Below are positions 31,691-43,895 of a DNA stretch of 64,000 nt, piece by piece. Origin of the DNA: Naegleria gruberi (taxonomy: Eukaryota); NCBI GenBank assembly GCA_000004985.1, contig GG738846.1. One strand, written 5' to 3'. Positions within the stretch are counted from its first letter, which is position 1, and each line of letters opens with the position of its first letter. Under the pieces are notes generated by a model. The model was not told where the DNA came from. It made no database searches and saw nothing but the letters and a program-made list of their open reading frames with translations. Position numbers and translations under genes: made by a program.

Positions 31691-33182
31691 AACAAACATT
31701 TAACATTTCTTCAACAGACAATACTTTTTCTCTGATTTTACCAGTCTTTACGCCTTCTTCAGTTTCGTGTCTTTCCAACTTTTTGTATTGCTCAAAGGTA
31801 ATATATTGAGTAGACTTGGATTGAAGGTGAGCAATAAGTTTAGAATAGGAGTCAACTGTGGATGAAGAAATTTTTGATTCAGAATAATCAGATAAAATAC
31901 TTCCAACAGTCTCTTCAGCATCATAAATATTCGATAAAATTACGCCAGATGGACCCCTCTTCAACCAGCCACAAACGTAAGTACCCTTTACAACTTGACT
32001 ATTTTCATTAATCACCCTACCAAATTCATTAAGGACAACTCCTCTCTTTTGATCGAAAGGAATGTCTGTATCAGCTTGCACGCTCTTGTATCCAATGCTT
32101 TCAAAAACCAAATCGCATTCTATTTCTTCAAAAATGCCAGATCCAACAGCTTTTGGTTCTCCACCTTTTGGATCCTTTTCTATAAGTGTAATCTCAAATT
32201 TTATAGATCCAACTCTGGAAGGATCACTCTTACTTGGAATGAATTCTACTGGATTTCTGAAAAACAAGAGTTGAACAAGCTTGGTGTCCTTATCGAGAGT
32301 TGGTTTTTCAGTGGCTGTTTGTAAAAGTTGAACTAGTCTTTGCTTGGCTCTTCCCTCCTTTTCCAATTGTTCCTTTGAATTCTCGTCAATATATTCATTC
32401 TTAACTTGAGTTGGATCAATATAGAGGCAGTTCAATTTGGTTAATTCTCTCAATTCCTTGGTAGTGGCTGCAATTTGAACAGGGCCTCTTCTACCTACAA
32501 CAAGAATATGCTCCAATGTCTTGTTAGAATTTTCCAAAATATTAATTGCTTGAGATGTCAAATCATAACATTTGAGTGTATCAATAGGTCTTGCTAAAAT
32601 TCTAGCAACATCTAGAGCTACATTTCCTTGCCCAATAATTACAGCCTTCTTGGATGTTTCAATTAATTGCCTATATCTGTTGAATGTTTCAGGTGTAGTA
32701 TGTGAAGGAAGACCGTTATACCAAGAGACAAACTCACGAGCACTCTCCACTCCCTTCAAAGATTCTCCATTAATACCTAATGATCTTTCACTATCAGCTC
32801 CATAGGTTAATACTACAACATCAAACATTTCACTAAGCTCTTTAAATCTGACATCTTTGCCCAGTGTCACATTTCCTAAAAACTTTACTCTTGAATCTGA
32901 AGCGATACTATCGAAATCATTTTGAACATTTTTAACTTCGGGATGATCAGGAGCAACACCATACCTTACGAGACCGTATGGAGTTGGTAATTTTTCAAGA
33001 ATTGTAACATCAACCTTGTCTACATTCGATTCTTTTTGGAGCAACTGTTTTGCTGTGTAAAATCCAGCTGGGCCACTTCCAACAATGCAAATGTTCAAGT
33101 CTCTCTTTGAATAAGAAAGTACCGAAGCGATGTGATTAGTCTTGTTGGATAATGAAAAGGATGAGCATAGGCTTCTAAACAT
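31683..33182 (-). CDS. ARH1: NADPH:adrenodoxin oxidoreductase (mitochondrial ferredoxin reductase, Arh1/FDXR), 499 aa.
   Basis: The N-terminal FAD-binding motif is ICIVGSGPAGFYTA; the NADP motif is VIIGQGNVALDVARIL. The overall pattern matches FDXR. Its stop overlaps the ALG6 stop region by about 8 nt in convergent orientation. Confidence 0.8.
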   Translation of the reverse strand: MFRSLCSSFSLSNKTNHIASVLSYSKRDLNICIVGSGPAGFYTAKQLLQKESNVDKVDVTILEKLPTPYGLVRYGVAPDHPEVKNVQNDFDSIASDSRVKFLGNVTLGKDVRFKELSEMFDVVVLTYGADSERSLGINGESLKGVESAREFVSWYNGLPSHTTPETFNRYRQLIETSKKAVIIGQGNVALDVARILARPIDTLKCYDLTSQAINILENSNKTLEHILVVGRRGPVQIAATTKELRELTKLNCLYIDPTQVKNEYIDENSKEQLEKEGRAKQRLVQLLQTATEKPTLDKDTKLVQLLFFRNPVEFIPSKSDPSRVGSIKFEITLIEKDPKGGEPKAVGSGIFEEIECDLVFESIGYKSVQADTDIPFDQKRGVVLNEFGRVINENSQVVKGTYVCGWLKRGPSGVILSNIYDAEETVGSILSDYSESKISSSTVDSYSKLIAHLQSKSTQYITFEQYKKLERHETEEGVKTGKIREKVLSVEEMLNVCFN

Positions 33183-33543
33183 TTTTTTGATTGAAAAAAC
33201 ACAATGATAGTCCTCTCTAGTGAGGATGTCCTACAAGAACCATGGTGCGCTTTGAGGACCACCTAACTCTGCGCAGTAAGTCAGCTGACTTCATAATAAC
33301 GCAAGCAAAGTTTTGACTTATGTCATCTTAGTTGCATTGATATATCGCATTGTTAAACATAATCATCTTGTCCATGTTCATAATCACTAGGAGCTTATTC
33401 TGAAATTTAGAACCCCGTCACCTCTTGTAAATAGTTGGAGAATAATCGAGTATTAATAATAGTTAACTATTCTAATCTTATATTTAGGTGATCATCAATT
33501 GATGAATCTTATTAGTACAATCTCTAGAGTCTTTATCATCTAT

Positions 33544-33972
33544 TTATTCTGTTGATCCGGTGTTACTGGAGGCTTCTTCTTGCTTGTTTTCAGTACTATA
33601 ACCGAGGTGATCTTCAATTTCCTTGTCCAATTCAGCTTTAGTCTTTTTTTCCTTCTTTTCTCCTCTTGGTTTTCCACCTTTAGCACCACCTCTAGCACCT
33701 CCTCTAGCACCACCTTTGGCACCTCCTCTTGGTTTTCCACCTCTAGTGGTATTACTCTTCTTGGTAATACCTTTAACAGGTCCTTGTGAGGAGGACTTGT
33801 TTACTTGGCTAAATCTTTCAGAAAGAGTAAGACTCTTTTTAACAACTTCTCTCTTTCCTCCATCAGATTTAATAACCAATTCAGAATCGTTGTTGTCAGA
33901 GTTGGTTCTTCTTCCACCGTTGTTTTGTCTTGATCCGCCACGTCCACGACCACGTCCTCTTGGTGCAACCAT
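33544..33972 (-). CDS. Small RGG/GAR-box protein, 142 aa, with a C-terminal LDxELDxY-like motif (ALYREF/CHTOP-type tail) and no RRM.
   Basis: The probable start is MVAPRGRGRGRGGSRQ (ATG at 33972, A-rich context; the track start is further upstream). Repeats GGKPRGGAKGGARGGARGGAKGGKPRG follow, then the terminal KAELDKEIEDHLGY. Confidence 0.45.
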   Translation of the reverse strand: MVAPRGRGRGRGGSRQNNGGRRTNSDNNDSELVIKSDGGKREVVKKSLTLSERFSQVNKSSSQGPVKGITKKSNTTRGGKPRGGAKGGARGGARGGAKGGKPRGEKKEKKTKAELDKEIEDHLGYSTENKQEEASSNTGSTE

Positions 33973-34251
33973 TTTTTTAAATTTTGTATGTTGTATTATT
34001 AATAATTCAGCTCCCAAAATACACATTAAATGATAAATGAGAAGATGAGCTAAAGGAAATCATAACAGTATACGAAAAGAATAAATTTATATTATGTTAT
34101 ATGTCAAATATTAAAAGAATACAAAATTAATTATTTTTATTATTAATTACACCAATAATAAATTCTTTCATCACAATGCAATTTGTTCAACAGCCAAATT
34201 TGTTTTTTCAAATTTATTGTTGAATTAAATTTTTGAAGACACTCTGAAAAA

Positions 34252-36360
34252 ATGCCTTCATCCAAAGCTGCACTCTTAAGCAAGATCAAGAACGCAAAGG
34301 CCTCTGTGAAGGTCGCTCCTAAACAACAAGAACAAGTATCTTCGGAAGAAAAGAAGAAACCTGTCAAGGTTACACAAAATCAAGTACCAAAGAAGGAAGA
34401 TAAGAAGAGAAAACTTGAAGTTCAAGAAGAAGAAGAAGAAGAGGATGTTCAATTAATGGGAGCTGATGATATTGATTTGGATGATTTTTCTGATGAAGAT
34501 GATATGGGTGATAATGATGAATTCGATGAAGAATTAGAAGATGACGATTTCTTTACAAAGAAAAAGCCAACCACTACATCCTCGACGAAATCAAACAAAC
34601 AACAACCAACAAAGAAGCGAAAGCAAGAAGAAGACGAAGATGATGAAGATGACGATGAAGAAGAAGAACAAGTAAACAAAAAGAAAAAGAAAGTCTTTTC
34701 CGAAGAAAACTTTTTCGAAAATGATGAGGATGAAGATGATGACTTCTCTGAATATACTGAGGAAGAACGTAAAAGATTGGAACAACTTTCTGGTATGGAA
34801 CGTGAACGATTGGCACAAATAGAAGAAGAATCGAGATTAGAAATGGCTGATGATGCAACCAGACAAGAAAAACCAACTGTTATGGCCAATTATTTGGAAG
34901 ACCATGAAGAATTGCCAGAGGCAGGAGAAGATCAAGATATTGGTATTGCTGGTGTTACTGAAGATTTGACTAAAATTCATGAACGTATTCAAGAAAATCT
35001 TGCAGTTTTGGCAAACTTTAAAGATTTGCGTGAAGATGGATTTACTCGTGAAGATTATCTCAATTTGTTAAAGACTGACTTGTCACTCTATTATGGTTAC
35101 AACTCTGAATTGATTGACGTTTTTGCTTCAATGTTTTCTTTACCTGAATTAATTGAATTTTTGGAAGCTAACGAAAAGCCACGTCCTCTTACAATCAGAA
35201 GTAACATTTTGAAAACAAGAAGAAGAGAACTTGCTCAAAATTTGATTAATCGTGGTATTAACTTGGATCCTCTTGATAAGTGGTCAAAGGCTGGTTTGAA
35301 GATTTATGATGCTAACGTACCAGTCGGTGCCACTCCTGAATATTTGGCTGGTCATTACATGTTACAAGGTGCTTCATCATTCTTGCCTGTCATGGCTCTT
35401 GCTCCAAAAGAAAATGAAAAAGTTATTGATATGGCTGCTGCTCCTGGTGGTAAGACAACATACTTATCAGCCCTCATGAAGAATACTGGTGTCATTTTTG
35501 CTAATGATGTCAATGTAGATCGTACAAAGGCCTTAATAGCAAATATTCACCGTATGGGTTGTCGTAATTGTATTGTTGCCAATTATGATGGTCGTGATAT
35601 GCCACAAATTTTACCAACTAAGGTTGACCGTGTCTTGCTTGATGCTCCTTGTACTGGTTTGGGTGTTATTTCACGTGATCCTTCGATAAAATCTCAAAAG
35701 GGTAAGAAGGATATTGAACTTTTGTGTAAATTGCAAAGAGAATTAATTTTGGCTGCCATTGATTGTGTTGATGCTGATTCTGAAACTGGTGGTTATATTG
35801 TATATTCTACTTGTAGTGTCAGTGTTGATGAAAATGAAGCTGTTGTCAATTATGCTCTCAAGAAGAGACATGTCAAGATTGTTCCAACTGGTCTTCAATT
35901 TGGTACTCCAGGTTTTATTAAGATTGGTGAACGTCATTTCGATCCAAGCTTGAAATTAACCATGCGTTATTTCCCTCATGTTCACAACATGGATGGTTTC
36001 TATGTTTGTAAATTGAAAAAGTTGAAGAATGGTAAGAAACTTTCTGAAGAAGAACAAGTTCGTGAAGAAAAGAATGAACAAAGGATTCAAAAAGACAAGT
36101 CTGATGAAAAGAATCGTAGAATTAGAGATCAAAAGGATAGAGAAGATAAGAATAAGAAATTATTGGAAGAAGCCATTAAACTTGCCAATGGTAACGAGCA
36201 AGCAGGTATTGAGCTTTTCCAAAAGAGAAAGGAAGAATTGTCACTGAGCCGAAAGAAATTCAAGACAAACAAACGTTCAGAAGACAAGTTTAGACCAATA
36301 CACGAGAGAAAGAAGAGTGGAAACAGAAAGCAAAAGGGAGAAAATATGAATTACGTATAA
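34252..36360 (+). CDS. NOP2: NOP2/NSUN1 nucleolar rRNA (cytosine-C5)-methyltransferase, 702 aa.
   Basis: Acidic/basic N-terminus. The SAM MTase motifs are MAAAPGGKTTYLSALM, DRVLLDAPCTGLGVISRDP and GGYIVYSTCSV. Overall NOL1/NOP2/Sun architecture. Confidence 0.85.
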   Translation: MPSSKAALLSKIKNAKASVKVAPKQQEQVSSEEKKKPVKVTQNQVPKKEDKKRKLEVQEEEEEEDVQLMGADDIDLDDFSDEDDMGDNDEFDEELEDDDFFTKKKPTTTSSTKSNKQQPTKKRKQEEDEDDEDDDEEEEQVNKKKKKVFSEENFFENDEDEDDDFSEYTEEERKRLEQLSGMERERLAQIEEESRLEMADDATRQEKPTVMANYLEDHEELPEAGEDQDIGIAGVTEDLTKIHERIQENLAVLANFKDLREDGFTREDYLNLLKTDLSLYYGYNSELIDVFASMFSLPELIEFLEANEKPRPLTIRSNILKTRRRELAQNLINRGINLDPLDKWSKAGLKIYDANVPVGATPEYLAGHYMLQGASSFLPVMALAPKENEKVIDMAAAPGGKTTYLSALMKNTGVIFANDVNVDRTKALIANIHRMGCRNCIVANYDGRDMPQILPTKVDRVLLDAPCTGLGVISRDPSIKSQKGKKDIELLCKLQRELILAAIDCVDADSETGGYIVYSTCSVSVDENEAVVNYALKKRHVKIVPTGLQFGTPGFIKIGERHFDPSLKLTMRYFPHVHNMDGFYVCKLKKLKNGKKLSEEEQVREEKNEQRIQKDKSDEKNRRIRDQKDREDKNKKLLEEAIKLANGNEQAGIELFQKRKEELSLSRKKFKTNKRSEDKFRPIHERKKSGNRKQKGENMNYV

Positions 36361-36532
36361 ATTATCTTTCTTTAACACCTTATTTACTCAATTTTTCTAG
36401 GATTTCAATCATCGGAGTTTAATCTTTCTTTAAAAAATTGCCCTCACTTGGAACTAGAAGATTTTTTCATTGTTGTTTGGAATATTCAAGAATAATTACG
36501 AGAGACGTATTACTATTATTATTGGAGGATAA

Positions 36533-37532
<1,000 letters not shown>

Positions 37533-37648
37533 TTACATTCACAACGTCTTATTCGAGTCAATACAGCTCTTTCCAATTAATTTTGGAATAGCCTTATTTA
37601 TTTTTGAGATTTGTAAAACAAGAATTCCATAAACAGTTAATTGTTTGT

Positions 37649-38103
37649 TTATTTGAAAAAATCATCATCCTCATCATCATCATCTTCGTCATCATTGTCA
37701 TCATCATCATCACTGTCAAATGAACTCTTCTTTCTTTGAATTTTTACTTTGGTCGATCCACTTCCGGACATTTGTTCCAACATTTTAACCAAGAGTTCTT
37801 CATTAATTTTACCTGGAAGTTTTCCACCTTGTGCCAATTTAATTGCATAATCCTCGAATGCTCTTGCTCTTTCTGGTCTTACAAGGAAAATTCTATTCAC
37901 TATTATTTTTAATAATATTAATAATTATTTGATCAAAAATATTCCGACATTCATCAATGGTGTGCTAACTTACATCTTTCTCTGGCATCGTGTTCAAGAA
38001 TTTGAGAGAGAATAGCTCTTCTCTTTTCTTCGGCCTCTTCCATGGCCTTCTTTTGTTGTTCTTGTTGTTTGGCTCTTTCTTCTTCGTTTTGTGGTTGTTG
38101 CAT
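37649..38103 (-). CDS. PDCD5: PDCD5/TFAR19-like protein, 126 aa. Two exons: 37974-38103 and 37649-37899.
   Basis: Exon 1 reads MQQPQNEEERAKQQEQQKKAMEEAEEKRRAILSQILEHDARER. A GTAAGT donor and 74 bp intron lead to LNRIFLVRPERARAFEDYAIKLAQGGKLPGKINEELLVKMLEQMS...KIQRKKSSFDSDDDDD, colinear with human PDCD5 ([30 protein letters not shown]...). Confidence 0.75.
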
Positions 38104-38169
38104 TTTTTATGATTTTACTACAATGTCTGACATTGTTATGTGGGGAAGCTAGATACAAGATAAACTTGG

Positions 38170-40077
38170 TTACATTTCATAATCTTCTTCTTGTTCTTCT
38201 TCATCTTGAGGAACGGATTCTTCTAATTTCAATAATTCCTGACGAGCAATTTCATTAAATCTATTCAATGAGAGAGCTTTGTGAAAACATTGGAATGCAT
38301 CTTCGAATCGTTGTTGTAGGAGGTATATTTGACCTAACTTGGTTTGAATAATGTCAGTATTTTGTTTAAGGTTTGGAGATTGAAGAGTTTTGATTGCTGA
38401 ATCAAAATGTTGTCTCTTAATATCTAATTCAACTTTGCCTAATAGTGCCTCTTCCATTCCAAATTCATTCTTTGTTTCTTGGCAGATTTTTAGAGCAGAC
38501 TCGAATTCTTTTTGAGCATTATCATGAAATTCTTCCTTCATTGTATATACACTTCCAAGAAGAATGTGAGGTTTGTAATCAAACTTTCCATGGTAAATTT
38601 TTTGAGCAGAGAGAGCAATATTCAAGGCATCTTGAAAATGTTGTGGAATTGATAGGTGAGCCTTAACTAGCCCTTGATAGATACGAATGTCTGTTGAGAT
38701 TTTTTTGGCTTGTTTGTAAATGAGAATGGCCTTGTTGTGTTGTTGAGCCATTAATAATAAATGACCTTTCCAAAGATAGGCTAGAATGAATGAGGGATTC
38801 AATTCGAGTGCTTTGTCAACAGCACGAATAGCCATTTCCATATTTTGTTGTAAAGAATTCTTATTAGATTCACTTTCATCAGAAACTACACTAAATAAGG
38901 TGGTTCTAGATGTGTAATAAATAGCAAGAACTAACCAGCATTCTGAGGAACCCTTATTTGTTTTAAGTAATCTGGTTGATAAACTTTGTAACTCTATAGG
39001 GTGTCCAGTTGTTTGTAAAAGAGTGGCAAATGTACTAGATTTACAATCTGTGTACGCATCCATTTTGTAACATTTTTTGAATAATTCAATAGCCTCATCA
39101 TACTTGGATAATTGATCATAGCATTCAGCCAAATTCAATTTTAGCTCAACATTATTAGGGAATGATTTTTCCAAAGATTTGAGAGATTGAATTAACTTTT
39201 CATGTTGGTTATTGTGAGAATAATATTTGACATCTACCAATTTAGCTAACCAATCTTCTTTTTTGTAATAATCAGTGAGATTTTTCTTCTTGTCTTCTGG
39301 AAGTCCTAACTTGATCAATTTTTCTACTGCAGAAATTGAATATCTGTCCAATCTTAAAACATCTTGATAGCAAGCTACAGCCTCTCTACTTTTATCATTT
39401 TTCATGTAGATATCTCCCAATTTCATACAATTTTTAACATTTCTAAATTCTTTTGGAATTGATTTTAAATGAATTTCTGCCTCATCATCCAAATTAATTT
39501 TCAAACAAGCATCGGCAAGCAGTTCACAAATGTAATAGTGCTTCTTTTGGTCTTCTTGAGTTTTTGATGATAAGTTCTCCAAAATATAGGATGATATTGC
39601 AGATGCCTGAGCCAGATAATGCTAAAATTGATTCCAATAAAAATTGATTCTATTAATTAAACAAACCTTTGCCTTTACAAATTCGTTATTTCCAAAAAGT
39701 GCTCTCGAATAGCTTACAATTAAATCAACAAATATTTGCAACATTTCCACTTCCTCTTGAGGAGAATTGCTTTTACAATTTTCTTTAAACGATACAAGAA
39801 CAACATTGGCCAATGTATCAACACAATATTCAGGTGATGAAAAATTCCAAGATGATTGATAGGGCGAAATATTCGAATCAGTTGACGGAGAACCTTTCAC
39901 AATAGAATTGAAACAGGCACTAATCATTAATGTCCCAATCTCACAGGCACTATCATAAAATTCATTATGTATTTGTTGATTTAATTTCTTGATAATAACT
40001 TTAAAGTTTTCCTTTCCGAAGAGCTGGTTCATACCTGATGGAGAAGGAATGTTGGATGATGATATTTGTGTTGGCAT
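38170..40077 (-). CDS. TPR-repeat protein of about 620 aa, possibly an APC/C subunit (APC7-like). Two exons: 39667-40077 and 38170-39621.
   Basis: The two track ORFs are in the same frame and separated only by a TAG. A 45 bp intron (AAG/GTTTGT ... TTTTAG/CAT) removes it, giving ...NNEFVKAK-HYLAQASAISSYILEN.... TPRs fill the C-terminal 400 aa. The C-terminal block KLGQIYLLQQRFEDAFQCFHKALSLNRFNEIARQELLKLEES plus the acidic tail resembles the APC7 C-terminus. The family call is tentative. Confidence 0.4.
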
Positions 40078-40107
40078 TTTTTTAATTTTTTGGCGGCAAA
40101 ATTTTTA

Positions 40108-41373
40108 TTATTGAGAAGACTCTCCATCATCGATACAAGCTCTTACATAGTGTTCAGAGAGTAATGACATGCATTCATCCAGAAGTAAGGATGAATCCCC
40201 TTCAAATACTTCTTTTGAATAATTCTCACAATCTTCATATTGGGATGGGGTAAGGTAGTATTTGTTAGAAAATCCTTTTTGATGAATATGAGGGGAGTGG
40301 GAAATTTTCAAAACTTGAACCAAACATGCTAGAGTCATTCCAGAAGAGTCTCTATGATTGAGAGATTTCTTACTATGAATAATAGAGAGTAAGGATTCTA
40401 ATACATCATTTAAAGTATTACCCTTTACCTTTACAAATTTTGTAAAAATTTCAGTAAGAGCACTACACAAGTCAAATTCACATTTAAATAAAGTGAAAAA
40501 GTTTTCCAATATCATTAGTTTGAATATTGGTTTTACATTTTCATCAAATAAGAGTCTAAATTCATGTTTTGAGACTCTACTATGTTTTTGATTTAACATG
40601 TGATAGAGACAAGAAATTATCTTGGAAACATTATTGATATTATTTGTGAGTTCTTCTGAAATCTTTAAATCCTCTTCTTCAGTACTATCCATCAATCCAA
40701 AAACATATTCATTAATAGATTCCAAAACACTCTTCTCAGTTTCATATTTTTGAACATAGAGTCTAATATTGAGATTATTATTCTTAGCATCTGATGCTTG
40801 ATCAATATATTCTATTGATTCATTAAAAAACAAAGTGGCATAATATCTTAAAATAGAAGCAGCCATTTCAAAATCCAAGTTTGGCATAATATGACGAGAG
40901 ATGGAAAAATCTGTTTGAAATTCTCCTTTTACATTTTCTATTATAATATTTCTATCAGAACTTCTATAATTAAAATAAGGGGATTTTGAAACATTCATAT
41001 TAAATCCAAAATATAAATTTTCCCTCATTTTAGGTTGTAAATAAATCCAAATTATATCCTCCAAATAATCTAAAATATCTTTAATATCATTATCCTCAAG
41101 TGTAAATATTTTCTTTCCATTTTTAATATGTGACTGAAATACAATTAATAAATTTTCCCAAACACTCTTCAATAATGCCCTATCGGGAACAGTGTATTTT
41201 GTACAGTCTCCACTCTCTGCTGATGATGACTTTGTTCTCAAACGAACTAAAAGTAGAGAAAGATAGGCACTAGATGCCTGTACATCGGAACGAGCACTTG
41301 TAATAAAGAATTTGTCTGTTGGTTGAATTACAGTAAAGACAACATTTTCTTTGTTAGTGTTTGTTGATGACAT
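40108..41373 (-). CDS. Hypothetical protein, 421 aa, with no recognised domain.
   Basis: Long uninterrupted ORF whose start ATG is in an A-rich context and whose codon usage matches its neighbours. The N-terminal pattern is weakly PCNA-clamp-like (Rad9/Hus1-type) at best. Confidence 0.4.
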   Translation of the reverse strand: MSSTNTNKENVVFTVIQPTDKFFITSARSDVQASSAYLSLLLVRLRTKSSSAESGDCTKYTVPDRALLKSVWENLLIVFQSHIKNGKKIFTLEDNDIKDILDYLEDIIWIYLQPKMRENLYFGFNMNVSKSPYFNYRSSDRNIIIENVKGEFQTDFSISRHIMPNLDFEMAASILRYYATLFFNESIEYIDQASDAKNNNLNIRLYVQKYETEKSVLESINEYVFGLMDSTEEEDLKISEELTNNINNVSKIISCLYHMLNQKHSRVSKHEFRLLFDENVKPIFKLMILENFFTLFKCEFDLCSALTEIFTKFVKVKGNTLNDVLESLLSIIHSKKSLNHRDSSGMTLACLVQVLKISHSPHIHQKGFSNKYYLTPSQYEDCENYSKEVFEGDSSLLLDECMSLLSEHYVRACIDDGESSQ

Positions 41374-41656
41374 TTTTTATTTCATATTATTTCGTTTCAT
41401 TGTCAGTTATTATTATTTTTCGATTAAATGAAAACAACTTATTGGTCAATCGAAAAGTTTTTTTGATCTCTGTTCTAAACTCACAATCAATTGTTTTATG
41501 GGTGCCATTTAATAACAGTTTCTTGTTGGGGAGCCGAAAAGAGTTTTGGAATATGAGTAGAATTCTGGTAAGAGTTTCCCCATCCAATTTGCTCATTTGC
41601 TTAACTCAAAAGAAAAACCGTTAATTCTTGTTAACTCGAAATATGTACATGTTTTA

Positions 41657-42271
41657 TTAACAAACCAGCAGGGAAAATTGGTCTGTTTTGGATTCGGTTG
41701 GTGAGGAATTAGGGGAAGAAGTACTGGAAGATGATTCGGTAAAGGAATAGTTGGCATGTTCACGAAGTAATCGTTGAAGCTCTTCAAAATCAGAACACAC
41801 AGTGAGATTATGATAAGTTTGAGAAACTAAGGTATTGGATTTTTTGGATTTAGAACTTGATTTGCTATTAAACAAGTTCTTCTTATAGTACACCCTAATA
41901 CGCAAACAATGTATTTTGGTATTTTGACAAAGCGTCAGTGCTTCACCATACTCAGATTGTGATGAAAACTCTTTCCAAGAGTCATCGCTACTTAGGTATT
42001 TAAGAATAATATTATTCTTCTTTTCAATGCATGAATTGGTCTTTAAAGGTAACACAGAGTCACTGAGATGGTGACTGACTTTTGAGTCCTTTGCAAGACT
42101 AAGCATTATCTGATTATAAAACTCGTCATAAGATTGAGGAAGAGCAATCTTTCTAATTTCTTCGTGTTTTGGAGTACCAACAGATTCTGTTTTGGAATCT
42201 GATCTGCTTTTTTTTACGTAAAAATAAACCTTGCCATACAGTTTAGGAGCCGCATTTTCGTTTTGCATCAT
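41657..42271 (-). CDS. Hypothetical protein, 204 aa (possible ubiquitin-like/PB1-like N-terminus).
   Basis: ORF starting with the ATG ATG pair at 42271. No motif was recognised. Confidence 0.3.
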   Translation of the reverse strand: MMQNENAAPKLYGKVYFYVKKSRSDSKTESVGTPKHEEIRKIALPQSYDEFYNQIMLSLAKDSKVSHHLSDSVLPLKTNSCIEKKNNIILKYLSSDDSWKEFSSQSEYGEALTLCQNTKIHCLRIRVYYKKNLFNSKSSSKSKKSNTLVSQTYHNLTVCSDFEELQRLLREHANYSFTESSSSTSSPNSSPTESKTDQFSLLVC

Positions 42272-42577
42272 TGTATTGATTTTGAAAAAAATAGTAACGG
42301 TAAAGTGTTACGACAAAGCGAAGGTAGTCAGCGCTAAAATGTTGCTAGTATCGGCAATAGGCCACGTGAATTTTTTTTAAAGAATTTGAGGGTTATCGTT
42401 GGGTTATTTTTAATTTATGTTTCGATATTTTTAGATCGTCCAACCAAAAAACGCCCCTAACAACATTTTACAATGCCCATTTATTTGCCAAGTTGAAGGT
42501 CTTGCGTGTATTCTGAAATGCACAACAAAATAAGCGTTTTGAACAGATTACGTTTATTTTACTGATTCAAATAACTT

Positions 42578-43812
42578 TTAATCAGCATACAATACCAGAG
42601 CAACACGTTCCTTATAAACTTGTCTAACATTTTCAATAACAGATTCAGAAGCAAAAATTCCACCAATAGACTCTTCTACAATTCTAATCAATTCAAAAAG
42701 TGAAGCATTAACCTCTCCACTTGGTTCAAACTTTAATTCATGTCTCTCATTATGAATTTTATCAATAATTTGAATAGCTTGTAAATATTCCTTTTCTAAA
42801 CTAGTTTGAAACACTCCTCTGTCATCTGTATTGATTGAAATTGGATGATTTGAGAGGTAGTACATGACTAATGGATGTTCATGGAGATTATTCACTGATT
42901 TACTCATCAAGTTTGATGTTAAATTAATTTCAACTGGAATTTTTTCAAAGAGACTATCGTCCTCCTTATCATAATAATTGTCAACTTTTAAAATTTGTTT
43001 CAATTCGTCATTCAAACAAACTCCATGTCCCAATCTGAATTTTAACTTTCCAACAAATTTGCTACAATGTTGTAACATTAATTTTGATTCTTCATAATTA
43101 TCAATTTCTGCAAAATGAATAGTTTGGTGCATATTACACTCTTCGAATAACTTTAAGAATGCAGAAAAGTTTCCTTTAAAATTTTAAACTTTCTAAATAT
43201 TTTCAAGAAGAGTAACCTACCTTTATAAGGATTTCCAGAAAGATCCAATCCAACAATACCACTACTTTTAAATATTTTTCCATTATTAATTTGCTCCTTT
43301 CTTTCATTTACAAGTTCTTGCATGACATTTACTGTTTCTCTTGCAAGTTCAATATTTTCTTCCCTGTTGACACTTACAAGCAAGCCTACATCAACAAAAT
43401 TATGTTCCCTTGTATTTAAAAAGTTTTCAATAGTGTCAATAACACATTGTAAATATTGTTTCTTTGTATAATTTGCATCACTTTTTGGAGTTGTTCTCAA
43501 TTCCAAATAAATAGTATTTTCATTGTCGTAATCTTCTAGTATTTCGGTTGTGATTCGTTCTAATATTCTCAAATCTCCACAAGTTACAGAATTGATTATT
43601 TTAAATATGTCAAAACATTGTTTTAAATTTCTATTATCTCCTTCAGTTAATTTGACTTGGGTGATGATTTCTTCAGGATTTGGATAAATTTCTGGATGTA
43701 ATTTAATTAATTCATAAATTGTATCGGAACGAATACATCCTCCAATATGTGTATGAAGATCAATCTTTGGGAGAAGTTGAATGATGGCTCTGATTCGTTT
43801 CTCATCTAACAT
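42578..43812 (-). CDS. Adenosine/AMP deaminase-family metallohydrolase (ADA/ADAL-like), about 392 aa. Two exons: 43221-43812 and 42578-43173.
   Basis: The metal-binding motif is IDLHTHIGG (HxH). Exon 1 ends ...SGNPYKG followed by a GTAGGT donor; a 47 bp intron ends TTTTAAAG, and the next exon begins NFSAFLKLFEECNMHQTIHFAEI (the HAGE-like motif). Downstream are GHG...SINTDD and a C-terminal catalytic Asp region. Confidence 0.65.
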
Positions 43813-43895
43813 TTTATAAAAAGATATTTTTTAATCTGATTATTACTTTTCAACATTGCACATTCTTGCATAGATTTGAATTTACATTTTAAAAA

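Noticed and set aside
42290-42520. The GC-richer palindrome GTAACGGTAAAGTGTTAC, and the 13-mer AAGGTCTTGCGTG shared with 16510.
   Set aside because: A single 13-mer repeat is expected by chance in 64 kb (about 30 such pairs expected). The palindrome is short and isolated. It is probably a promoter feature at most.
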